This document shows, one piece after another, positions 47,301-56,585 of a stretch of 64,000 nucleotides of DNA. Source of the stretch: Euryarchaeota archaeon RBG_19FT_COMBO_56_21 (GTDB taxonomy: Archaea > Thermoplasmatota > Thermoplasmata > UBA10834); contig MGWC01000001.1 in assembly GCA_001800815.1 (NCBI GenBank), positions 54,431 to 118,430 on the forward strand, written 5' to 3'. Every line of letters starts with the position of its first letter. The first letter of the stretch is position 1. The notes beneath the pieces are model-generated. The model ran no database searches. It was not told the origin of the DNA and worked only from the letters and a program-made list of their open reading frames with translations. Made by a program: the position numbers and the translations under genes.

Positions 47301-47627
47301 ATGAAGGGCATGAAGTGCAGATGCGGGTTCGCGACGATTTCCGACAAGAGATTGTGCCCGAGGTGTGGCAAGCGCATGAAGAACGCTGATTGGCCAGACG
47401 AAGGGACGGTGCTGTCGTTCACGCGCCTGCAGGCGATCCCGGAAGGGCTTCCGGATCCGTACAATCTCGCGTTGGTCGCTGTTACCAAGGGACCCAAGGT
47501 GGTATGCTGGACTTCGGGCACTCTCCGGGAGAATGATCAGGTGACCATCGTCGAACGGAAGGGCAAGTACCTCTGCAGTCCCAGGACCGGTCTCGCATTC
47601 AAGCTCGACGAATCAAAGCTTGATTGA
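47301..47627 (+). CDS. DUF35-type Zn-ribbon/OB-fold protein
   Basis: C.CG..CPRCG, G.V.SFT and PY.LALV motifs. Confidence 0.8.
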   Translation: MKGMKCRCGFATISDKRLCPRCGKRMKNADWPDEGTVLSFTRLQAIPEGLPDPYNLALVAVTKGPKVVCWTSGTLRENDQVTIVERKGKYLCSPRTGLAFKLDESKLD

Positions 47628-48542
47628 TTCCACGGACGCCAGACAGAACTGCGGACCCAGGGCGTTTATCCTCTTCTTGAGAACCTCCTCTAGATCTGCC
47701 TTCGCCTTGACTGAAGCTGCTCTCACGTCTACTACCACCTCGCACGTCATGCGTTCGTAGTAAACCAGTACGTTGGTGTAACCCGCAATCACGTTGAGCT
47801 CTTCATCTCCGAGGACCTTCATCACTTCGAATATCGCCCCGGGCCTGTCCGGGATGTCCACACAGAGCCTCATCAGCCTTGCATCGTCGTTCAGAAAGGC
47901 AATGGATAGGATCCACGAGTCCGGCTCCCCGATGAGCATTATCGGAGCGGATTTCTTCCCGAGGAAGTTGACATACGCCTGAGGAAGCTCGAACTGACCA
48001 TCTTTGATCATGCTGGCTTTCTTCTCGGTCTTCCTCAGAGCCTTGGTCTTGATCTTGTCGTTCTCATAGGCGGCCCCGCGGCTGTATCTGATGGCAATGT
48101 CGGAAGCCTCGACGCATAGACAGTCCACCATCGACACTCCCGAGTCTTTTCCAGTCTTCGCGTCGTCGAATTCCTTCTTCAGGGAAAGCGAATCACCGAA
48201 GAAAGACAGATCCACCAACATTTCCCAGACCATCATCACATTCGGGACTGAGCTCACCGTTTCCGAGTTCAGAATATCGACGTTCCTCGTCTTCAGGAAC
48301 TGAGCTGCCTGTGCGAGGGCCCCGGGTTCGTCCCTGACCTGGAAGGTGACATACGCAATCTCCCGGTAGTTCTCGGGGCCGAAGGGGGAGAGCACTATCT
48401 CGAAGCTGCTCTTTCCATCTATCTCGTACTTGAACATCGAGCTGAAGACCTCGCTGCCGTCCACCAGACCCAACGGCTCGCCAATCTTCTTGCTGATTCT
48501 GATCTTGCCGCTCTCCATCCGCCCAAAATCCCAAAGCTTCAC
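47613..48542 (-). CDS. Protein with two ACT domains, each preceded by an AbrB/SpoVT-like segment
   Basis: DEPGALA..A.FL..RNVDIL and DRPGAI..V..VL..EELNVI ACT motifs; GTG start at 48542 after GAGGGGAG. Confidence 0.7.
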   Translation of the reverse strand: MKLWDFGRMESGKIRISKKIGEPLGLVDGSEVFSSMFKYEIDGKSSFEIVLSPFGPENYREIAYVTFQVRDEPGALAQAAQFLKTRNVDILNSETVSSVPNVMMVWEMLVDLSFFGDSLSLKKEFDDAKTGKDSGVSMVDCLCVEASDIAIRYSRGAAYENDKIKTKALRKTEKKASMIKDGQFELPQAYVNFLGKKSAPIMLIGEPDSWILSIAFLNDDARLMRLCVDIPDRPGAIFEVMKVLGDEELNVIAGYTNVLVYYERMTCEVVVDVRAASVKAKADLEEVLKKRINALGPQFCLASVESIKL

Positions 48543-48592
48543 GCCGCTCCCCTCGACGCATAAAAGCGAATCGGGCACATAAAGATGTTCGG

Positions 48593-49012
48593 TCAGCTAG
48601 GCCTCTTCGGAGTGAAGATGTACAGAGTTGGTACCCGGTGCTTCAACCCGGTCCAGTATCCGCAGGCACCGCACTTGTACCCGAAAGTCACGGTGCCCCC
48701 GTACACAGTCATGTTCCGAAGCCGTTTGGTCTTCCCGCCGCACACGGGACAGGCGCCCGCCTTTGTCTTCTCCTGACCTTCCCGGCCATGGATGACAATG
48801 TCGGCGAGTTCGTTCTTGAGCGCGAGTCTCCGCACCCGCTCTTCGCTCACCGAGTAGTCGGGGTCATGCCTGCGAAGCTCTCTCAGCACGAGCTCCGTCA
48901 TCTTCCTCTGCGAGCTCACGACACCGTGCCGTCTAAGGGCGTCCTTGATAGCGTCGACCACCTCGGTGTCCGTGGGCTTGCGAAAGGCCATCGGCTCATG
49001 ATGGGAATCCAC
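48593..49012 (-). CDS. Hypothetical protein with C-terminal Zn ribbon
   Basis: Basic helical N-terminus; CPVCG and CGACG motifs. Confidence 0.7.
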   Translation of the reverse strand: MDSHHEPMAFRKPTDTEVVDAIKDALRRHGVVSSQRKMTELVLRELRRHDPDYSVSEERVRRLALKNELADIVIHGREGQEKTKAGACPVCGGKTKRLRNMTVYGGTVTFGYKCGACGYWTGLKHRVPTLYIFTPKRPS

Positions 49013-49103
49013 TTACGAATACCTTTCCAACAGGACCTGACCAAGTCGTTACAAAGCAAATAATATAAGAAAGCAACCGCTACCCGGCGAACTAGTGAGG
49101 GCT

Positions 49104-50417
49104 ATGCGGTCAAAGGTCATCATCATGGGAGCCGCGGGGAGGGACTTCCACAACTTCAACACCTATTTCCGCGACAACGCCAACTACGAGGTAGTTGCGT
49201 TCACCGCGACGCAGATTCCGAACATAGAGGGCAGGAAATACCCTGCGAGCTTGGCTGGCAAGCTGTACCCCAATGGGATAAGCATCTTTCCGGAGAAAGA
49301 CTTGCCAGAGCTTATCAAGAAGCACGATGTCGAGCAGGTAGTGCTTGCGTATTCCGATCTAAGTCACGTCGACGTCATGCACAAGGCGTCTCTCGTCAAC
49401 GCCTGCGGCGCTGACTTTCGACTCATGGGCTCCAACCAGACGGCCCTCAAATCGAAGGTGCCAGTTATTGCGATATGCGCGGTCAGAACTGGTGCAGGCA
49501 AGAGCCAGACCACCAGGGCCATCGCATCGATGCTGAGGGCAAGTGGGAAGAGGGTCGTGGCGATCCGGCACCCGATGCCCTACGGGGACCTCGAGAAGCA
49601 GGCCGTGCAGCGGTTCGCGACCTATGCGGACCTGGACAAGAACGACTGCACGATCGAGGAGAGGGAAGAGTACGAGCCCCACATAGACAAGGGCATTATC
49701 GTCTACGCGGGTGTGGACTATGAGAAGATCCTGAGGCAGGCCGAGAAGGAAGCGGATGTCATTCTCTGGGACGGGGGCAACAACGATACACCGTTCTATG
49801 TCCCAGACCTTCACATCGTAGTCGCCGACCCTCACAGGGCGGAGGATACGCGCCTGTACTATCCTGGCGAGACCAACATCAGGATGGCAGATGTCGTCAT
49901 CATCAACAAGGTCGACACCGCCAATCCGAAGGACGTCGAACTCGTCAAGGACATAGTGGCGCAGCTCAATCCAAAGGCCAAGATCCTAACCGCAGCCTCG
50001 CCACTGACCGTCGACGACCCGAAGATGATTAAGGGCAAGCGAGTGCTTGTTATCGAGGACGGCCCGACAGTCACCCACGGCGGGATGAAGTTCGGTGCCG
50101 GGTTCATCGCGGCTCAGAAAGCGGGCGCGAAGGAGATTATCGACCCGAGGCCATACGCGGTCAATTCGATCAAGGAGACCTTCGAGAAGTACAAGCACCT
50201 CGAGAAGGTCCTTCCCGCAATGGGCTACGGTAACCACCAGGTGAAGGACCTTCAGGACACAATCAACGCGGCCAAGTGCGACGTAGTGGTGTCCGGAACC
50301 CCCATAGACTTGAATAGGGTCATCAAGGCCAACAAACCGATCATCAGGGTCAGGTACGAGCTGCAGGTGCTTGGTGAGCCGACGCTCGAAGACATCGTGA
50401 AGGGAGTCAAGCTATAG
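49104..50417 (+). CDS. COG2403 P-loop protein (cDPGS-like; arginine synthetase ArcE-like)
   Basis: GAAGRDFHNFN, AFTATQIP, RTGAGKSQ, RHPMPYG, EEREEYE, WDGGNND and EDGPT.THG motifs. Confidence 0.8.
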   Translation: MRSKVIIMGAAGRDFHNFNTYFRDNANYEVVAFTATQIPNIEGRKYPASLAGKLYPNGISIFPEKDLPELIKKHDVEQVVLAYSDLSHVDVMHKASLVNACGADFRLMGSNQTALKSKVPVIAICAVRTGAGKSQTTRAIASMLRASGKRVVAIRHPMPYGDLEKQAVQRFATYADLDKNDCTIEEREEYEPHIDKGIIVYAGVDYEKILRQAEKEADVILWDGGNNDTPFYVPDLHIVVADPHRAEDTRLYYPGETNIRMADVVIINKVDTANPKDVELVKDIVAQLNPKAKILTAASPLTVDDPKMIKGKRVLVIEDGPTVTHGGMKFGAGFIAAQKAGAKEIIDPRPYAVNSIKETFEKYKHLEKVLPAMGYGNHQVKDLQDTINAAKCDVVVSGTPIDLNRVIKANKPIIRVRYELQVLGEPTLEDIVKGVKL

Positions 50418-50454
50418 AGATCGCCTGCAACTCAGAAACGGACTTCCGACGGCG

Positions 50455-50817
50455 CTATCCCGCTCTTGACCCATCCGGGACGGGTTTCTCAGGCACAGCA
50501 AGGACAGGCGTGATCCCATCCTCATAGCCAATGTCGAATAGCATTGCCTCGGAAACATGGCCGAGCATTCTCCTGGGCTCGACATTCACCACGAATAGCG
50601 CCTGCTTCCCCTCGACCTCCCTTGGGTCGCTCCTTTCTTTCTTCATTCCCACAAGAACGATTCGCTTTGCATCTCCGAAATTGACGGTTAGCTTGACGAG
50701 TTTGTCCGATTCGATGACATCGTCTACCCGCTCGATGGTCCCGATCCTCATGTCGATCTTCTGAAGCATGTTCGCGGGTATCGTCGGCTTGACCTTCGCA
50801 ACCTTGAACCCCTCCAT
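50455..50817 (-). CDS. tRNA-binding OB-fold protein (Trbp111/CsaA/MetRS C-terminal-like)
   Basis: DMRIG.I..V, SDKL.KL.V.FG, VVN.EPR.M.G..SE.ML and VPDGSR motifs. Confidence 0.88.
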   Translation of the reverse strand: MEGFKVAKVKPTIPANMLQKIDMRIGTIERVDDVIESDKLVKLTVNFGDAKRIVLVGMKKERSDPREVEGKQALFVVNVEPRRMLGHVSEAMLFDIGYEDGITPVLAVPEKPVPDGSRAG

Positions 50818-50919
50818 TCTATCCCCATTCCACTAAGCGACTTGCACGGATATTATGATAGACGGAGGGCCCGTTTCGCGCCAAAAGAGTTAAAGGAAGA
50901 CTGGGAGAATTACGCCCCC

Positions 50920-51004
50920 GCGGGAGTAGCTAAGCCTGGCCAACGGCGCAGGACTTAAGATTCTGTCTCACAGGAGTCCGGGGGTTCAAATCCCCTCTCC
51001 CGCA
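50920..51004 (+). tRNA. tRNA-Leu (TAA)
   Basis: Acceptor stem GCGGGAG/CTCCCGC with discriminator A; anticodon arm CAGGA-CTTAAGA-TTCTG; long variable arm; GGTTCAAATCC T-arm; no encoded CCA; upstream AAAAGAGTTAAAG promoter-like motif. Confidence 0.95.
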
Positions 51005-51065
51005 CAACACGATCATTGCATGTCGGAACGGTGTTGCTGGACGATAGAGACATGTTCTCGCTCAG

Positions 51066-52958
51066 ATGGGCTCCCGTGGAAAACTGCTAATAGTGGTAAG
51101 ACGAATCTATGCCAGCGGGGTGACTCGACTGATCAGAGGGTTGGCGTGGCTCGTAGGCGCGATCGCCGTCATTTCGCTTGTGGCTGCTTCACCAATACTG
51201 TCCGGACTAGACGGAGTCACCAGTCAGACAAGATGCGCTGAACCTGAGCCAATGGTCGAGGTATCTGCAGTCGACAGCGCGAGGCCTGGCCCGTTGGCGT
51301 CTGGCAACCCGCCCGTGTTCATCGGGACATCGCCTTCGGCCGTGGTCTTTGTGAGTCCTGGAGAACCGAAGATCATCTTCGTGAGAGTAAGCGATATGGA
51401 CGGGGACAACGTCAATGTCAGATGGAACTTTGGTGACGGCACTCCAGATGTCGTCAACATGACTGATCCCGCCTCTGCGACCCAAACAGTCTACGTCGAG
51501 CACACATGGAATCCGGTCATTGAGCAAGGAGTGGGCGGCGTCTACATCAGCTACACTCTTGACATCATGATAGACGACGGGAACGGCAACTATGCGTATC
51601 GTACATCGACGGTTGCATGCTACATCCCAGAGAATTACGGCCCGCAATCGGATATTGAGATTCAATCGCTGGCATTCGTCAACGACACGGTCGACATAAC
51701 GGCGAAAGCGAACGACACCGAGGGTGAACCACTGACCTGGACATTTGTATTCAACGACACGGTCTCCGACTTCCTGACGCTCGTCTACTACACACCTGCG
51801 ACCGAGCCAGCCACATGGCAATGGAACAACATAACTCACACGTTCGATCACGAGGGATACTACAATGTGACCCTCTACGTGTCGGATGCACTTGGAATCA
51901 ACCAAACAGGTCTCCACAACACATCCGATCGTGCAACGGTCGTGGTTGCGTACAACCGAGCTCCTTGCAATACTAATATCGCCAATCTCCCTGAGCATCC
52001 TTCGGTTTCTGGAAGCGATGACTATGTTGACGTGTCGTTCTACATTGAAGTCCTCGACATTGACGGTGATGTGGTCACAGCCGCTTGGGACTTCGGGGAC
52101 GGCTCCGCCCCTGAGACCAACAGCACATCGGGCGGTTCTGTTGTTTATCAGCTCTCCCAGATTCACAGGTTCATCGGGCCTGGTGAGTTCAATGTGACTG
52201 TAACGATCTCTGACGGCAGACCAGGGAACGAAGTGATTGAGTATCTTGTTGTCACCATCATCTCTACGAACATTCCCCCTTCGGTAGTTCTGTTCTCCCA
52301 CTTGGCGTTCGGACCACCTTGGGATCCGTTTGTGTTCTCTGGGACGGAAGTCTGGTACGAGGCGACCCTGATTGATGCTGAGATGGATGACCTAGAGCTG
52401 GTCTGGGATTTCGGTGATGGAAGTCCAAATGTCCATGTCAATCTAACAGATTATGTGGACGGGAACGCATCGTGCGCAGTAAATCACGTCTATGCGGACG
52501 CCGGAGTCTACGCAATAGTCATTCTGTACACTGACAATCAAATTGGCCTCTTTAACCACACGCGGGAATACTACATTTCAGTCCGAGTCGAAGCCGACAA
52601 CGTCCTTCCAGTAGCTGATGCCGGCGAGGACCAGCTTGTTCAATCGCCATGCAATGTCTACTTCGACGGCTCTGGATCAGTCGACGATTGGGCGATTGCG
52701 AACTACTCATGGAGCTTCGTCTACAATGGTACTTTGGTCGAGCTGTGGGGAGTGAGCCCCTCATTCGAGTTCTGGACTCTGGGAACATATGTCGTGCTTC
52801 TGAACGTTACTGACTATGCAGGGAATTGCAACACATCCCAGGTCACTGTCGAGGTCGTAGAAGTGATTCCTGAGTACCCGGTGACCCTACCGGCCGCCGT
52901 GCTATTGGTCCTCGTCCCAGTCCTCCATTACATACGGCGAAGAAAGTGGAGCCAGTAA
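51066..52958 (+). CDS. Multi-PKD surface glycoprotein with PEF-CTERM-like sorting signal
   Basis: N-terminal hydrophobic segment, repeated W(N/D)FGDG motifs and many NxS/T sequons; C-terminal VIPEYP, TM helix and RRRK. Start uncertain. Confidence 0.85.
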   Translation: MGSRGKLLIVVRRIYASGVTRLIRGLAWLVGAIAVISLVAASPILSGLDGVTSQTRCAEPEPMVEVSAVDSARPGPLASGNPPVFIGTSPSAVVFVSPGEPKIIFVRVSDMDGDNVNVRWNFGDGTPDVVNMTDPASATQTVYVEHTWNPVIEQGVGGVYISYTLDIMIDDGNGNYAYRTSTVACYIPENYGPQSDIEIQSLAFVNDTVDITAKANDTEGEPLTWTFVFNDTVSDFLTLVYYTPATEPATWQWNNITHTFDHEGYYNVTLYVSDALGINQTGLHNTSDRATVVVAYNRAPCNTNIANLPEHPSVSGSDDYVDVSFYIEVLDIDGDVVTAAWDFGDGSAPETNSTSGGSVVYQLSQIHRFIGPGEFNVTVTISDGRPGNEVIEYLVVTIISTNIPPSVVLFSHLAFGPPWDPFVFSGTEVWYEATLIDAEMDDLELVWDFGDGSPNVHVNLTDYVDGNASCAVNHVYADAGVYAIVILYTDNQIGLFNHTREYYISVRVEADNVLPVADAGEDQLVQSPCNVYFDGSGSVDDWAIANYSWSFVYNGTLVELWGVSPSFEFWTLGTYVVLLNVTDYAGNCNTSQVTVEVVEVIPEYPVTLPAAVLLVLVPVLHYIRRRKWSQ

Positions 52959-53013
52959 TACTCTCACGGCATAGGTAATCCTTATAGCTGACAGGCGATA
53001 TGTCAGTTCGAGC

Positions 53014-53976
53014 ATGACCGCTGGGACTCAAGTTTCTGCGCCGTCCGACCTCCAGGTCAGCGACAACTACGGAAGACCTGTCAGGAGCATGCGCCTGTCG
53101 GTTACTCAGAGGTGTAGCCTTGCCTGTGACTACTGCCACAAGGAGGGACAGACCCCTTCTCGGGAGGAGATGACTCCTTCCGAGATAGAAAGGCTTGTCC
53201 GCGTGGCTGCGTCCGCAGGCGTGAAGAAGGTGAAACTCACAGGCGGGGAACCGCTCATGAGGGAGGATCTATCCGAAATCATACAACGCCTGTCCCGCCT
53301 CGTTTCCGAAGTCTCTCTCACCACCAACGGATACTCTCTCAAGGATAACGCCCGTGACTTGAAGGACGCCGGCCTTAACCGGATCAACGTAAGCCTTCAC
53401 ACCCTGAACAAAGATGTGTACAGTCGAATCTGCGGAGTCGACATGGTGGACTCCGTCGTCAGAGGTATCAGAAGCGCTGTTGCAGCGGGTCTGGCTCCGG
53501 TCAAAGTCAACATGGTTGTCTTGAAGGGATTCAACGAGAGCGATATCGGTTCCATGATGAGATTCTGTGCCGAAACTGGAGCCGTTCTACAGCTCATCGA
53601 ATACGAGGCGAGCCGCGAGGGCGCAAAGGAAGAGGATTTCAAGAAGCGATTCTACTCCCTCGTCGGTGTGGAGGAGGACTTGCGAAGCAAGGCGGTCAAC
53701 ATATTCCACAACGAACTTCACCGGCGAGGTCGGTACCAGGTCAAGGCAGACGGAGGACTGGTGACAGTGGAGGTCGTCAGGCCGATGCACAACACGGAAT
53801 TCTGCCAGAACTGCACACGGATCAGGCTATCGAGCGACGGCATCCTGAAACCCTGTCTGATGGAGAAGTCCGGAGAGTTGGATCTGTTGAGGCCTCTAAG
53901 GAAGGGCGCGTCCGATTCGGATCTGCGAGAGCTGTTCATGAAGGGCGTCGCAGCACGGAGACCCTATTGGAGGTGA
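53014..53976 (+). CDS. moaA: GTP 3',8-cyclase
   Basis: CSLACDYCH.EG, LTGGEPL, TTNG and FC.NC.RIR...DG.LKPCL motifs. Confidence 0.95.
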   Translation: MTAGTQVSAPSDLQVSDNYGRPVRSMRLSVTQRCSLACDYCHKEGQTPSREEMTPSEIERLVRVAASAGVKKVKLTGGEPLMREDLSEIIQRLSRLVSEVSLTTNGYSLKDNARDLKDAGLNRINVSLHTLNKDVYSRICGVDMVDSVVRGIRSAVAAGLAPVKVNMVVLKGFNESDIGSMMRFCAETGAVLQLIEYEASREGAKEEDFKKRFYSLVGVEEDLRSKAVNIFHNELHRRGRYQVKADGGLVTVEVVRPMHNTEFCQNCTRIRLSSDGILKPCLMEKSGELDLLRPLRKGASDSDLRELFMKGVAARRPYWR

Positions 53977-53982
53977 GTCTGT

Positions 53983-54390
53983 TTGAAGCCCCTGATCGTC
54001 GTAACATCGAAACCTGTCTCCATCACACGAGTGATCAAATCGGTCTCGAGTCCCAGGTCAGGCGGGACTGTGCTGTTCCTGGGGACTGTCCGGGCCAGCT
54101 CGCGCGGCATGAAGGTCACGAAGATGCGCCTGGAGTCCGCCAAGGATCTTGCCAAAGCGGACCTCCGTAGGATATGCAAGGCCGTGGATCAGAAGTATGC
54201 CGTGAACCACATCGCAGTAGAGCACCGAGTCGGCAGTCTGAGCGTGGGGGAAATCATCGTCGCGATAGCGGTGGGGGCGGCACACCGAGAAGACGCGTTT
54301 AAGGCCTGTAAGTACATCATAGATGAGCTGAAGAAGACCACGCCTATATGGAAGAAGGAAATCGGTCCGGCGAGAGAGCGCTGGGTGTAG
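53983..54390 (+). CDS. moaE: Molybdopterin synthase catalytic subunit
   Basis: G..V.F.G.VR, HRVG.L.VGE, HR..AF.AC and LK...PIWKKE motifs; TTG start after GGAGGTGA. Confidence 0.93.
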   Translation: MKPLIVVTSKPVSITRVIKSVSSPRSGGTVLFLGTVRASSRGMKVTKMRLESAKDLAKADLRRICKAVDQKYAVNHIAVEHRVGSLSVGEIIVAIAVGAAHREDAFKACKYIIDELKKTTPIWKKEIGPARERWV

Positions 54391-54404
54391 GGGGGCTACT
54401 CCAT

Positions 54405-54842
54405 ATGTCCAGGATGATTGATGTGAGCCACAAGAAGGTCGTGAGGAGGACTGCGACCGCTGAGGGTTTTCTTCTCCTCAAGGAATCCACCATGAGGGCG
54501 ATTGCCTCCGAGTCCGTCAAGAAAGGCGACGTCGTAGCTGCCTCCAAGCTCGCGGGGATTCAAGGGGCCAAAGCAACAGCCGCGACCCTACCTCTGTGTC
54601 ATCAGGTGCCACTTACTTCGATTGAAATCCAGATTGCGCGGAAGAAGGATAGGCTGCGCTGCAAGTGCACGGTATCAGCGCAATACAAGACTGGCGTCGA
54701 AATGGAAGCGTTGGTCGGCGTCACTGTCGCGCTCCTCAACGCCTGGGACATGGTCAAGTATCTCGAGAAAGACGAAACGGGTCAGTACCCCGAGACGAGG
54801 ATAACGGATGTCCGGGTGTTGAGAAAGCAGAAGGGAGACTGA
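54405..54842 (+). CDS. moaC: Cyclic pyranopterin monophosphate synthase
   Basis: MIDVS.K, KGDV, LPLCHQ, TGVEMEAL and WDMVK motifs. Confidence 0.95.
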   Translation: MSRMIDVSHKKVVRRTATAEGFLLLKESTMRAIASESVKKGDVVAASKLAGIQGAKATAATLPLCHQVPLTSIEIQIARKKDRLRCKCTVSAQYKTGVEMEALVGVTVALLNAWDMVKYLEKDETGQYPETRITDVRVLRKQKGD

Positions 54843-54847
54843 GTGAC

Positions 54848-55351
54848 ATGGGAGTTGAGGATCACAGGAGCAAGGCGCCGACGAGCGTCACGTTCGCAGT
54901 ACTGACGGTTAGCAGCACTAGAGTTGACGCAGATGACTACTCGGGAAGGGCCATCATCGATCTGCTCACCTCCGCGGGTCATAGGCTGGCAAAGAAGATC
55001 ATTGTCAAGGATGACATTCAGGAGATACAGAGAGCATTGCGCGATTTCATCGAAGATGGCGGCGTCCAGGCTGTGATCGTCAACGGAGGCACAGGCGTCG
55101 CGAGAGCGGACGTCACGCTGGAGGCGGTCGCGCACTTCGAGGAGAAGCAGCTCCCGGGATTTGGCGAGCTTTTCAGAGTCCTGAGTCATCAAGAGATAGG
55201 AAGCGCAGCTATCATGTCACGAGCTTCTGCGTTTGTCTCGGAAGGAAAGCCAGTATTCTGCATCCCTGGATCGGAGAGGGCAGTCAGACTCGCAGTAACA
55301 AAGCTGATAGAGCCCGAGCTTGGCCACCTGGTCTGGGAGGCCAACAGATGA
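54848..55351 (+). CDS. moaB: MogA/MoaB molybdopterin adenylyltransferase
   Basis: LTVSS, D.SG, GGTG...DVT.EA, PGFGELFR and SRA..F.IPGS motifs. Confidence 0.92.
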   Translation: MGVEDHRSKAPTSVTFAVLTVSSTRVDADDYSGRAIIDLLTSAGHRLAKKIIVKDDIQEIQRALRDFIEDGGVQAVIVNGGTGVARADVTLEAVAHFEEKQLPGFGELFRVLSHQEIGSAAIMSRASAFVSEGKPVFCIPGSERAVRLAVTKLIEPELGHLVWEANR

Positions 55352-56553
55352 GGCCGATCAAGAAGCTCATACAGCTGGATGAGGCAGTCGCGATCGTACT
55401 CGAACGAGCGAAGCCGATGAGACGCAAGGAGATCATTCCGTTGCTCAAGGCGATGGGCAGAGTGTCCGCCGAGAACGTCTCCTCCAAAGCGAGTGTCCCT
55501 CCGTTCGCCAGGGCGGCAATGGACGGATATGCCGTTCGTGCGCGCGACACGTTCGGAGCCTCGAGGATGAAGCCCGTAGTCCTCAGAAAGGTCGACACTA
55601 TCTATGCTGGAGGCGCTCCCAGGAAACCAATCACCAACGGTACCTGCGCAGAGATAGCGACGGGGGCGATGCTGCCCAAAGGTGCGGATTCAGTGGTCAT
55701 GGTCGAGGACACCGAATCCGACGGGACACACGTTTCGATAAGTGAGTCGGTTCACCCAGGCAAGAACGTCTCGAAGAAGGGAGAGGATATCTCTCCCGGT
55801 ACCAGGCTCATCTCAGAAGGAGATATTCTTAATCCAAGCAAAATAGGCTCATTGGCTGCGATTGGTGTCAAGACCGCCAGAGTCTATCGCAAACCCGTCA
55901 TCGGGATCATTCCTACCGGAAACGAGATAGCGGAGCTCGGAGCACAGCTGAAGCCCGGTCAAGTCTACAACATCAACTCCTACACACTCGCGTCGGTTGT
56001 TCAGGCCAACGGAGCAGAGGCTAGGGTGCTTCCAGTCGTCAATGATACTCTGAAGGACATCCAACGAATCGTGCGCAACAACAGCGATTGTGACATGCTC
56101 GTCTTTTCCGGTGGCAGTTCCGTTGGCGAGCGGGACATAATGCTCGACGTCTTGGAGCGGAGCGGTGATGTGCTGTTCCATGGGATTGCAGTGAAGCCGG
56201 GAAAACCCACTCTGTTCGGCACCATCGCGGGGCAATTGGTCTTCGGCATGCCAGGATATCCGACTTCATGCCTGTCCAACGCCTACATACTGCTGGCCCC
56301 CGCTTTGAGGAGAATGTCCCGATTGCCGGAAACCGAACCATCGTGCGTCCGCGCGCGCATGTCAAAACGTGTAGTCTCCGCTACCGGCAGGACTCAGTTC
56401 CTCACCGTGAAGCTTGACAGAGGGATGGCTCACCCCGTGTTCAAGGAATCCGGGGCGATCACGAGCATGGCATTTGCGGATGGATATGTGATAGTGCCCT
56501 CTGATGTCGATCTCGTTGAGAAAGGCGAAGAAGTGAAGGTCTACCTGTTATGA
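55348..56553 (+). CDS. moeA: Molybdopterin molybdo/tungstotransferase
   Basis: PPF.RAAMDGYAV, IATGA.LP.GAD.VVMVE, TGNEI, SGGSSVG, KPGKPT and MPGYP motifs. Confidence 0.95.
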   Translation: MRPIKKLIQLDEAVAIVLERAKPMRRKEIIPLLKAMGRVSAENVSSKASVPPFARAAMDGYAVRARDTFGASRMKPVVLRKVDTIYAGGAPRKPITNGTCAEIATGAMLPKGADSVVMVEDTESDGTHVSISESVHPGKNVSKKGEDISPGTRLISEGDILNPSKIGSLAAIGVKTARVYRKPVIGIIPTGNEIAELGAQLKPGQVYNINSYTLASVVQANGAEARVLPVVNDTLKDIQRIVRNNSDCDMLVFSGGSSVGERDIMLDVLERSGDVLFHGIAVKPGKPTLFGTIAGQLVFGMPGYPTSCLSNAYILLAPALRRMSRLPETEPSCVRARMSKRVVSATGRTQFLTVKLDRGMAHPVFKESGAITSMAFADGYVIVPSDVDLVEKGEEVKVYLL

Positions 56554-56585
56554 GAGGCCCTTCCCAAAACGAACTTCGCGGCATC

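Noticed and set aside
50920-53010. Integrated element at tRNA-Leu
   Set aside because: No integrase and no convincing duplicate of the tRNA 3' end.
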